From: an uncultured Desulfosarcina sp.
GTDB taxonomy: Bacteria; Desulfobacterota; Desulfobacteria; Desulfobacterales; Desulfosarcinaceae
Length of the DNA: 64,000 nucleotides
Assembly: GCA_963674945.2 (NCBI GenBank)
Contig: CAXXWQ010000003.1
Location: 1,312,001 to 1,376,000, forward strand
Reading direction: 5' to 3'
Shown here: positions 10,692 through 19,243 of the stretch, piece after piece
Numbering within the stretch: position 1 is the first letter of the stretch
How the letters are laid out: every line of letters starts with the position of its first letter
The notes under the pieces: generated by a model
Database searches by the model: none
What the model was told of the DNA's origin: nothing
Seen by the model: only the letters and a program-made list of their open reading frames with translations
Translations under genes and position numbers: made by a program

Positions 10692-12248
10692 ATGACACCA
10701 AAAGATCAAAACCGTTGGGTCGTACCAATCACCCTGCCCCCCCCCGCCTTGGGCGACAACATCGCCGACGCCGACCGCATCGAAACGGCATTGAAAAGGA
10801 TCCTCGGCACCGAAACCGTGCATATGGACATGGATCTGCTCGCGCATCTTCCTGCGCTTTTACGAAAGTGGAACTTTCAGGCCACTGCCGTCGTTTTCAA
10901 AGAAAATCCGAGTACCGGTGTTCTCATCCACCTGGCCGAACCGGGTACCAGCGTGGCCATGTGCGGCCTGGCCGTGGATCTGGGTACCACCCGTGTGGTG
11001 CTTCGCATCGTCGACCTCGCTTCAGGCGAGCACTGGGACGAGCTGGTGTTCGACAATCCACAGATTGCCGTCGGGCCGGATATATTGGCACGCATCCACC
11101 ACGTGGAAAATCCGGGCGGACTGGAACGGCTCAACGAACTGATCGTTACCGGCATCAACGATCAATTGGGTGTCATGTTCGACAGATGCGGCCTTTCCGC
11201 CGATAATATCCACCTGGTCGCCGTGGCCGGAAACACGGCAATGACCCACCTTCTGCTGGGATTAAATCCCCGTTGGATGATCCGGGAGCCCTATATCCCG
11301 GTGGTGAATCGGCCGGGTTTGATCCGCGCCTCCCGACTGGGATTGTCAGTTCACGCCCATTCCCGGGTCCAGGTGTTTCCCAATGTGGGAAGCTACTTCG
11401 GCGGTGATCTGATCGCCGGCATCCTGTACTGCGACATGGACAATCGGGAGGATACGGCCATTCTGGTGGATGTCGGCACCAATGCGGAAGTGGTACTGGG
11501 AAACAGCAGTTGGATGATGGCCTGCGCCGGCGCCGCAGGACCGGCTCTGGAGGGAGGCGTCACCCGTATGGGGACCACCGCAGGCCCCGGTGTCATCGAC
11601 CGCGTCGGGATCCATCCTGCAACGCGTGCGTTCATGATCCACACCATCGACGACCGGCCCGCCAGGGGTATCTGCGGGTCCGGCGTCATCGACCTGGCCG
11701 CCGCCCTGTTCCAGCTGTCCATGATCGATATCCGGGGAAAGCTCATCCCCGAACACTGCGGCGAACGCTATCGCAAAGAAAACGGCTTGGGGAAGGTGGT
11801 CATCGTTCCCGCAGATCAATCCGCCAGCGGCCGGGATCTCTGCATCACCCAGGCAGACCTGGACAGCCTGATCCGGTCCAAGGCGGCCATGTACACGATT
11901 CTGGAGACCATCACCGACAGCGTCGGAATGACGCCCAACCAGATCGAAACTTTCTTCGTCGCCGGCACCTTCGGCGCCTATATCGATCCTGCTTCGGCCA
12001 TTACCATCGGCATGATCCCCGATCTTCCCCGTTCCCGCTACCGGAGTTTGGGAAACAGCAGCCTGGGCGGTGCCACGCGTGTGCTGGTGGACAGAACAAG
12101 CTACGATCGAATCGATACCATCCGCAACGGCATTACGTATATGGAATTAAATGTCAATCAGGAGTTCATGAACCGCTTCTCCGCGGCCAAGTTCCTTCCC
12201 CATACGGACACGACCCGGTTCCCTTCCGTGACGGTCCCGTCACTGTGA
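10692..12248 (+). CDS. RACo/DUF4445 ASKHA ATPase (reductive activator of corrinoid proteins), lacking the N-terminal 2Fe-2S domain
   Basis: AVDLGTT, NPQ..GPDILARI, AGNTAMTHL, GGD, DVGTNAE, AAGPALEG, GICGSG, AGTFG, GNSSL. Confidence 0.9.
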   Translation: MTPKDQNRWVVPITLPPPALGDNIADADRIETALKRILGTETVHMDMDLLAHLPALLRKWNFQATAVVFKENPSTGVLIHLAEPGTSVAMCGLAVDLGTTRVVLRIVDLASGEHWDELVFDNPQIAVGPDILARIHHVENPGGLERLNELIVTGINDQLGVMFDRCGLSADNIHLVAVAGNTAMTHLLLGLNPRWMIREPYIPVVNRPGLIRASRLGLSVHAHSRVQVFPNVGSYFGGDLIAGILYCDMDNREDTAILVDVGTNAEVVLGNSSWMMACAGAAGPALEGGVTRMGTTAGPGVIDRVGIHPATRAFMIHTIDDRPARGICGSGVIDLAAALFQLSMIDIRGKLIPEHCGERYRKENGLGKVVIVPADQSASGRDLCITQADLDSLIRSKAAMYTILETITDSVGMTPNQIETFFVAGTFGAYIDPASAITIGMIPDLPRSRYRSLGNSSLGGATRVLVDRTSYDRIDTIRNGITYMELNVNQEFMNRFSAAKFLPHTDTTRFPSVTVPSL

Positions 12249-12431
12249 TGGCAGCGCCTTGATCGCGTCATCCGGACAATTCCTCTTTTTCTCTTTTCTT
12301 TTTATTTCTTTTCAACGGGTTATCCCATGATTAAATAAAACCTTGAAAGCTTTTGTGCATTATGATAGTCGAAGTTCTGTTTTTTTCACCTACATATCTA
12401 TCAACCCAACTCCAAGAAGGATCGAGACCAC

Positions 12432-12878
12432 ATGACGTCGAAAAGACAGTTGCTGTTTGCATACGGTCTGGCAATCCACCTGTTGCTTGTCGGTATCATC
12501 TGCTATGCGGCCTTCCCTGTCCAGGCACCCGACGAACCTTTACGGATCATGTATCAGACCAATGCCGGAAAAGTCCTTTTTGACCACCACACACACACTG
12601 CTGCATCCGGGTATGGCGTGAGTTGCTTCGACTGCCACCATCACCCCAGCGATGACGACAGCGCATTAATCGGATGTGGGGAGTGTCACCAGGCGCCGGC
12701 TGAAGAAGGGTCCCAACCAGAAGTATGCCTGGACTGCCACGATGAAACGGATATTGAAGATACCGAAATGTCATCGCGGGCAGACGCATTCCACTCCCAG
12801 TGTACGGAGTGCCATGAGCAGTTCGAGAAAGGACCGCAGTCCGGATCCGATAACTGTTCCAAATGTCACGTGCTGTAA
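12432..12878 (+). CDS. Membrane-anchored multiheme (5x CxxCH) cytochrome c3-family protein preceding rnf
   Basis: N-terminal hydrophobic helix; GKVLFDHHTH; CFDCH, CGECH, CLDCH, CTECH, CSKCH. Confidence 0.9.
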   Translation: MTSKRQLLFAYGLAIHLLLVGIICYAAFPVQAPDEPLRIMYQTNAGKVLFDHHTHTAASGYGVSCFDCHHHPSDDDSALIGCGECHQAPAEEGSQPEVCLDCHDETDIEDTEMSSRADAFHSQCTECHEQFEKGPQSGSDNCSKCHVL

Positions 12879-12952
12879 TCGAAGCGGCTTTCGTCTGGGT
12901 TCTGCTTCGGCGTTTTCAATTTTTACCGCGGCCCTAATAATAAGGTTGAGCT

Positions 12953-14236
12953 ATGCGAAAACGATCATTCTTCGGTCTGTCCAAACCAAGTTTTCATTAC
13001 GAACTGGCAACGGATACCGCCGGCACACCGGTGGCCATTGCCACTCCGAAAACCGTCACCCTTTACATCAAGAAGGAATTGAAGCGATCCAGCAGCAGCC
13101 TGAAGGTGGGTACACCGGTAAAAACCGGGCAACGACTGGTACTCGAAGATGGTGACGCCATCTATGCGATCTCATCGGTAACCGGCACCGTAACTTCCGT
13201 TTCTCCGTTTATGGCTGACTATGGGAAAAAATGGACGGCCGTCACCATCGAAACGGAAAGTGATGAGACAACGGATTCCGAGTTCTCATCTTTCTCGGAA
13301 GACCCAACGCTGGAGACCCTGAATCGTTTTCTGGTTGCCTGCCCCGGTGAACCGGAAATCAAGCCTCTCTTGGACGAACGCAATCCAGTGCAAACCATCG
13401 TCATCTATGGCGGCAATGGGGATCTTCTCATAGATACCGGTTTACATGTTCTCAAGACCAATGCAGAGAACGTCAACAAGGGTATCGAAATATTGAGAAA
13501 TGCGACGGGAATCGAAGACATCGTCATCGCCGTCCCGGAAGAGAGCGTTCAGAATTACTCGGGACATTTGGACGCCCGGCTCCAGCCGTTTTCTTCTCAG
13601 TATCCATACGCCCAGCCGCTTATGGTCCTGTTCAATCTGACGGGCCGGCTACCCAGCGAACGGGGAATGGCCGCCATGGGAACTCATTTTATCCGTGTCG
13701 AAGCGGTGGCCACCATCGGCAAGGCGTTTTCCACAAAAACACTGCCAGTGGAAAAAAGCATCGCCGTCATCGACAAGAAGGGAGACAAACACCTGGCCTG
13801 TGCCCGCATCGGAACACCGGTGGGAACGTTGCTCAAAACCTTCGGCATCGAGGTCAACGATCAGGACAAGATCATCTTCGGCGGCCCCATGACCGGCAGT
13901 GCCATCTACAGTGAAGAACTGCCCATCTGTGCGGACACCGATGCCATCATGGTTCAGGACAGGAGTGTTATCCCGCTTTACAGTGATTATCCGTGCATCA
14001 ACTGCGGCGACTGCGTGCAAATCTGTCCTGCCAACGTGCCGGTAAACTTGCTTGTTCGCTTCCTCGAAGCCGGCCAATATGCAGAAGGCGCGGATCTGTA
14101 TGACCTTTACTCATGCATCGAGTGCGGACTGTGCAGTTACGTCTGTGTATCGCGCATCCCCATTTTTCAGTATATCAAGCTGGCAAAATACGAATTGGGT
14201 CGGATCTCATCAGCGGAGGAGATGAATGAAGAGTAA
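12953..14236 (+). CDS. rnfC: RnfC-like subunit (divergent)
   Basis: Sandwich domain (VGTPVKTGQ, SSVTGTV), SLBB (ARIGTP, IIFGGPMTG), two 4Fe-4S motifs (CINCGDCVQICP, CIECGLCSYVC); position in operon. Confidence 0.85.
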   Translation: MRKRSFFGLSKPSFHYELATDTAGTPVAIATPKTVTLYIKKELKRSSSSLKVGTPVKTGQRLVLEDGDAIYAISSVTGTVTSVSPFMADYGKKWTAVTIETESDETTDSEFSSFSEDPTLETLNRFLVACPGEPEIKPLLDERNPVQTIVIYGGNGDLLIDTGLHVLKTNAENVNKGIEILRNATGIEDIVIAVPEESVQNYSGHLDARLQPFSSQYPYAQPLMVLFNLTGRLPSERGMAAMGTHFIRVEAVATIGKAFSTKTLPVEKSIAVIDKKGDKHLACARIGTPVGTLLKTFGIEVNDQDKIIFGGPMTGSAIYSEELPICADTDAIMVQDRSVIPLYSDYPCINCGDCVQICPANVPVNLLVRFLEAGQYAEGADLYDLYSCIECGLCSYVCVSRIPIFQYIKLAKYELGRISSAEEMNEE

Positions 14237-15188
14237 GAAAACGCTAATCGTATCCCACGCACCGTTTTGGCATGACGGCAGCGGGATTCCCGAGCGAAGT
14301 TATCACACCATCATCGCCGCCCTTCCCGCTGCGATCGTGGGAATTGCCCATTACGGCGCACCGGCTTTGGGTGTCATCAGTCTGGCCATGGCGTCGGCAA
14401 TCGGGTGGGAGCTTTTGTTCAACTACGTCAGCAAACAACCTTACACCGTGGGCAACGGCAACGCCGCCATGATCGGGTTGCTGCTCGCCATGGTGCTGCC
14501 CGCATCGGCACCCTGGTGGTTGGTCATCCTGGGTACATTCTTGGCCATCGTCATCGGCATGCAGATCTTCGGCGGCATCGGCGCCAATCCGTTCAACCCG
14601 GTGGTACTTGCCGTCGCCATCCTCATGGTCTCCTACGAGACGCATCTCGACTTCGATGCCGGTCTGGTCAATTTCTCCCTCGACTTTCCCATGTCAACCT
14701 ATCCATTAGGGGCTCTGAAAGCCTTCGGCCCCGGCGCCATCGAACATCTTCGGTCTACAGATCTGCTCATGGGTCTCCAGGTAGGTGGACTGGGCAGCGG
14801 TTGCGGCCTGGCCATTGTCATCGGTGGCATCTACCTGATTCTTCGGGGGATCATTCGGTGGGAAATCAGCGTCTCCTTCATCGTGGGCATCTTCGTCAGT
14901 GCCATGCTTTTCAACCTTGCCGATCCGATCCGGTATGCATCTCCGATGTTTCATCTTTTATCCGGTTACACGCTGATCGGTGCCTTTTTTCTGGCCACCG
15001 AGTCCTCATCTTCGCCGGTCAACGTCATCCCCATGTTCCTGTACGGCGCCCTGGGCGGCATCATGACCGTCCTGATCCGCAACATCGGCGTATGGGTGGA
15101 CGGCGTGATCTTCGCAATTCTTCTGATCAATCTGATAAATCCGCTGGTCGACAAGATCAGACCCAAGGCGATTGGAAAGGTAGCGTAA
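14226..15188 (+). CDS. rnfD: RnfD membrane subunit
   Basis: Polytopic membrane protein; IFGGIGANPFNP, GAFFLATE..SSP, DGVIFAILLIN. Confidence 0.92.
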   Translation: MKSKKTLIVSHAPFWHDGSGIPERSYHTIIAALPAAIVGIAHYGAPALGVISLAMASAIGWELLFNYVSKQPYTVGNGNAAMIGLLLAMVLPASAPWWLVILGTFLAIVIGMQIFGGIGANPFNPVVLAVAILMVSYETHLDFDAGLVNFSLDFPMSTYPLGALKAFGPGAIEHLRSTDLLMGLQVGGLGSGCGLAIVIGGIYLILRGIIRWEISVSFIVGIFVSAMLFNLADPIRYASPMFHLLSGYTLIGAFFLATESSSSPVNVIPMFLYGALGGIMTVLIRNIGVWVDGVIFAILLINLINPLVDKIRPKAIGKVA

Positions 15189-15189
15189 A

Positions 15190-15783
15190 ATGGGTGAAAT
15201 GATCAAAATGGTCCTCGTTCTGACCGTCCTGAGCGTTGTATCGGGCGGCAGTCTCTCCTGGTTGAAAGACTTTACTGAACCCAAAATCGAAAATCAGGTA
15301 ATGAATCTGGTCAAAGGACCCGCGATCCGAAACATGCTCTCAGAAGCGGATAACGATCCAGTGGAAGACAGATTCAAGGTCACCGACGGTGACGTGGAGC
15401 GCAACGTCTTCGTGGGCGTGTTCGGTGGCAACGCCGACACGGTGGTGATGGAGTCAGAAGCCAATGGATTTGCCGACAAGGTGGGGCTGGTTGTGGCCAT
15501 CAACACGTCCAATGACACCCTGCGCGGCGTCGCTGTGACGACGAGCAAGGAGACCCCCGGTCTTGGCGCCAGGGCCAAGGACGACCCAAGCTTCGCCGCC
15601 CAGTTTGCGGGGAAAGAGATCGCCACCCCCTTCGGCGTCACCAAGGACGGCGGCCAGATCAGTGCCTTGAGCGGCGCCACGATCACCTCTCGGGCCGTCT
15701 GCACCGGAGTCAACGCGGCCATCAAGTCGTACAATCGGTTAAAACCGCAACTGGAAGAACAAATCAAAGGCATGGGCAAATAG
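15190..15783 (+). CDS. rnfG: RnfG FMN-binding subunit
   Basis: N-terminal TM helix, ETPGLG, ISALSGATITS flavinylation motif. Confidence 0.93.
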   Translation: MGEMIKMVLVLTVLSVVSGGSLSWLKDFTEPKIENQVMNLVKGPAIRNMLSEADNDPVEDRFKVTDGDVERNVFVGVFGGNADTVVMESEANGFADKVGLVVAINTSNDTLRGVAVTTSKETPGLGARAKDDPSFAAQFAGKEIATPFGVTKDGGQISALSGATITSRAVCTGVNAAIKSYNRLKPQLEEQIKGMGK

Positions 15784-15796
15784 AGGAGTTACCGCA

Positions 15797-16420
15797 ATGG
15801 CAAAATCGTTCGTTCAGGAATTTACCAAGGGACTCTGGAAAGAGGTACCGCCGTTTCGGCTGGTCCTCGGTCTCTGTCCGACACTGGGTGTGACAACATC
15901 ACTAAAAAATGGCATCGGCATGGGCCTGGCCACGACTTTCGTCTTGCTCTGTTCTAACATTCTGGTCAGCCTTTTGCGGAAGGTGATTCCCGCCAAGGTA
16001 CGCATCGCCTGCTACATCATTATCATCGCCACCTTCGTCATCGTGGTCGAACAGGTGATGGCGGCCTTCGCCTATACCCTCTTTTTGGATTTGGGCGTGT
16101 TCATCCCGCTGATCGTGGTCAACTGTATCGTTTTGGGTCGCGCCGAGGCATTTGCCTCCAAAAACGGTATTTTCAAGTCTACCGCCGATGGTCTGGGCAT
16201 CGGACTTGGATTCACCTGGGCCCTGGGGCTGCTGGGCGCCGTACGTGAACTCATCGGCACCGGTTCCCTCAAGGGCGACGTCTTCGGTCTGATCCACTGG
16301 AATATTCAGGACATCTTCGGCGCCGGATTCGAGCCTTTTGCATTTGCCGTGCAGGCGCCGGGTGCCTTCGTTCTTCTTGGATTGCTGCTTTGTGCCATGA
16401 ACATGATCCCCAGTAAATAG
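15797..16420 (+). CDS. rnfE: RnfE membrane subunit
   Basis: LGLCPTL, IPLIVVNCIVLGRAEAFA, APGAF. Confidence 0.95.
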   Translation: MAKSFVQEFTKGLWKEVPPFRLVLGLCPTLGVTTSLKNGIGMGLATTFVLLCSNILVSLLRKVIPAKVRIACYIIIIATFVIVVEQVMAAFAYTLFLDLGVFIPLIVVNCIVLGRAEAFASKNGIFKSTADGLGIGLGFTWALGLLGAVRELIGTGSLKGDVFGLIHWNIQDIFGAGFEPFAFAVQAPGAFVLLGLLLCAMNMIPSK

Positions 16421-16439
16421 CGGAAGGGAAGCAATACAC

Positions 16440-17012
16440 ATGGAATATATCGAAATCATCATCGCTACCATTTTCGTTAATAACATACTGCTGGCACAGT
16501 TTCTGGGGAACTGCCCTTTTCTGGGAACTTCCAAAAAGATGGAAACTGCGGTGGGCATGGCCATGGCCGTCATCTTCGTTCTGGTCATGGCCGGCGCGAT
16601 CACCTGGCTCATCTACGCCTATCTGCTGGTACCGTTTAAACTTGTCTACCTGCGCACCATTGCCTTCATCCTGGTCATCGCAGCCCTGGTACAGTTCGTG
16701 GAGATGTTCCTGAAAAAAAGCATACCGGCCCTCTATGCCGGCCTTGGCATCTTCCTCCCCTTGATCACCACCAACTGTGCGGTCTTTGGCGTGTGTGTGC
16801 TTAACATCGACAAGGAACTCGATTTCATGCCGGCCCTGGTGACTTCCTTCGGATATGCCGCCGGTTTCGGTCTCGCCCTGATTTTCTTCGCCGGACTGCG
16901 GGAACGAATCCTCTTGGCACGGGTTCCCAAGCCGCTGCAGGACACTTCCATCGCCCTGATCACAGCCGGTATGGTGTCACTGAGTTTCTATGCCTTCCGG
17001 GGAATGGTATAA
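16440..17012 (+). CDS. rnfA: RnfA membrane subunit
   Basis: NNILLAQFLGNCPFLG, LVQFVE, LPLITTNCAV, GLRER. Confidence 0.95.
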   Translation: MEYIEIIIATIFVNNILLAQFLGNCPFLGTSKKMETAVGMAMAVIFVLVMAGAITWLIYAYLLVPFKLVYLRTIAFILVIAALVQFVEMFLKKSIPALYAGLGIFLPLITTNCAVFGVCVLNIDKELDFMPALVTSFGYAAGFGLALIFFAGLRERILLARVPKPLQDTSIALITAGMVSLSFYAFRGMV

Positions 17013-17051
17013 ACGGGTGTCCTGGCGCCTATCGGGAGAGACGATAAACAC

Positions 17052-17097
17052 CGAAAAAAACCGTTTGGAGCGCTTGGGTTCCAAGCGGTTTTTTTCG
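17052..17097 (+). terminator. Intrinsic terminator-like hairpin between rnfA and rnfB
   Basis: CGAAAAAAACCGTTTGGAGC-loop-GTTCCAAGCGGTTTTTTTCG; stem with G-U pairs followed by a T7 tract. Confidence 0.7.
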
Positions 17098-17125
17098 TTT
17101 TGATTTTGATTCAAGGAGGTTTTCC

Positions 17126-19201
17126 GTGACCATCGCGATTCTTGTCATGCTAGGCATCGGCGCAACCTGCGGCATCATCCTCAGCGTTGCCTCCAAGATC
17201 TTTTATGTCTATGAAGACCCGCGTATTGCCGAGGTGGAGTACTTTCTGGCCGGCGCCAATTGCGGAGGCTGCGGCTTCGCCGGATGCAGTGCAGCCGCCG
17301 TGGCCATCGTCGAGGGCAAGGCGGCCCCAAACATCTGCGTGGCCGCCGATTCCGATGCGGCCATCAACATCGCCGGCGTTATGGGTGTGGACCCGGGAAC
17401 GGCCGAACCCAATAAATCCCTTAACTCCTGCTCCGGCGGCGACCGCGCCGAAGACAAATTCATCTACAACGGCGCCATGACTTGCGCCGCCATGGCCACC
17501 TTGTACGGTGGCAAGCGGGTCTGTTCCATCGGCTGCATGGGTATGGGAGATTGCATCGCGTCTTGTCAATTCGACGCCATTCACATGGGACCCCACGGAT
17601 TTCCCGTGGTGGACGAGTTCAAATGCGTGGGCTGCGGTGCCTGTGAAGCGGCTTGCCCCAAGGGACTCATCTCCGTCAAAACCATGAGCCAACGGCTTCT
17701 GGTCTTCAACGAGGAAGACCAGGCCCTGGCCCCCTGCCAGCAGACATGTCCTGCGGAAATCGACATTCCCAAGTATATCCGTCTGATTAAAGAAGGCGAC
17801 TATGAAGGAGCCGTGAATACGATCCGTGAACGCAATCCGCTCCTGCTCAGTTGTGGCCGGGTCTGCCCCCACCCCTGCGAGGACTACTGCCGGCGTGGAA
17901 TCGAAGACGAACCGGTCTCCATCAACCAGTTAAAACGGTTCGTCGCCGACTATGAAATGAACAGCGGAAGGCGGTTTCCCATCGCCTGCGCACCGGACAC
18001 GGGCAAACGGGTGGCCGTTATCGGCGGTGGTCCTGCCGGTGTGAGCTGCGCCTACTTTTTGCGCCGTCTGGGACACCATCCCACCATCTACGAAAATATG
18101 TCCAAACTCGGTGGCATCACCCGCTACGGTATCCCCGAGTATCGCCTGCCGGACAAAGTGCTGGACTGGGAAATCGAGGGTATCTTGAACCTGGGCATCG
18201 ACGTTCACTACAACACCCAACTGGGAAGGGATTTTACCATTCAATCCCTCCGCGACGAGGGGTATGAGGCCATCTTCATGGGAATAGGTGCATGGAAAGA
18301 CTATACCCTGGGCATCGAAGGCGAGGAACTGGACGGGGTCACACAGGGGATCAAGTTTCTCTCTTCCGTCGCCGACTCTCCCGACAAAAGGGTCCCCATC
18401 GGAAAAAGGGCGGCGGTTGTCGGCGGTGGAAACTCGGCCATCGACTGCGTTCGCACCCTCTTGCGCCTCGGCTGTGAAGAGGTCTGGATCGTCTATCGAC
18501 GGACCCGTAAGGAGATGCCTGCCAACGAAGTGGAAATCGTCGCCGCCGAGCACGAAGGCATCAAGTTTCAGTTCCTGGCCGCCCCCACAAAGGTTATCGG
18601 AGACGAGAACGGAAAGGTCATCGGACTGGAATACCTGCAGATGGAGCTGGGTGAACCCGATGCCAGCGGCAGGCGCCGGCCGGTTCCCATCGAAGGCTCG
18701 GAGACGGTCCTTGACGTGGACATGGTGATCTCGGCCATCAGCCAGCAAGCAAATCTATCCTTCATGGAAAAGGAGCCGGAAAAAGAGAATATCGCCATCA
18801 CCCGCTGGAACACCTTCGACAACGACCCCGAGGTTCTCCAATGCAGTGTCCCCTACCTGTTCACCGGCGGTGACGTGGCAACCGGTCCTTCCCTGGTGGT
18901 GTCAGCCATCGGCGCAGGGCGTCGGGCGGCCCGCAGCATTCACCAGTATATCGCCGGCGAGGAGGTCAAGGGTTCTCCCAAATCGCTTCACAAGCGACAC
19001 ATTTTCGAGTCCTTGTTCGATTCCGTCCCCGGTGTGGTCAAATCCAAGCGGACGCCCATGCCCGAACTTCCCGTAAAGGATCGCATCCACAGCATGGTCG
19101 AGGTGGACCAGGTGATCAGCGAATCCGACGCCAAACACGAGTCCGGTCGTTGTCTCAACTGCTGCCGGGTCTGTTATAACCCCGATCAAAAGGTCGCGTA
19201 A
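17126..19201 (+). CDS. rnfB: RnfB fused to a GltD/NfnB-like FAD/NAD(P)H oxidoreductase
   Basis: N-terminal RnfB (TM helix, GANCGGCGFAGC, CSIGCMGMGDC, CVGCGACEAACP), then APCQQTCP, CGRVCPHPCE, IGGGPAG, YGIPEYRL, GGGNSAID..YRR, GGD. GTG start behind AAGGAGG. Confidence 0.9.
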   Translation: MTIAILVMLGIGATCGIILSVASKIFYVYEDPRIAEVEYFLAGANCGGCGFAGCSAAAVAIVEGKAAPNICVAADSDAAINIAGVMGVDPGTAEPNKSLNSCSGGDRAEDKFIYNGAMTCAAMATLYGGKRVCSIGCMGMGDCIASCQFDAIHMGPHGFPVVDEFKCVGCGACEAACPKGLISVKTMSQRLLVFNEEDQALAPCQQTCPAEIDIPKYIRLIKEGDYEGAVNTIRERNPLLLSCGRVCPHPCEDYCRRGIEDEPVSINQLKRFVADYEMNSGRRFPIACAPDTGKRVAVIGGGPAGVSCAYFLRRLGHHPTIYENMSKLGGITRYGIPEYRLPDKVLDWEIEGILNLGIDVHYNTQLGRDFTIQSLRDEGYEAIFMGIGAWKDYTLGIEGEELDGVTQGIKFLSSVADSPDKRVPIGKRAAVVGGGNSAIDCVRTLLRLGCEEVWIVYRRTRKEMPANEVEIVAAEHEGIKFQFLAAPTKVIGDENGKVIGLEYLQMELGEPDASGRRRPVPIEGSETVLDVDMVISAISQQANLSFMEKEPEKENIAITRWNTFDNDPEVLQCSVPYLFTGGDVATGPSLVVSAIGAGRRAARSIHQYIAGEEVKGSPKSLHKRHIFESLFDSVPGVVKSKRTPMPELPVKDRIHSMVEVDQVISESDAKHESGRCLNCCRVCYNPDQKVA

Positions 19202-19243
19202 AAATCACCGGCCACACGCTCTGCGTGTGGCCGGTGATTTTTA
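19199..19243. terminator. Bidirectional terminator between convergent rnfB and the helicase gene
   Basis: Perfect inverted repeat TAAAAATCACCGGCCACACGC-tct-GCGTGTGGCCGGTGATTTTTA that includes both stop codons. Confidence 0.9.
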
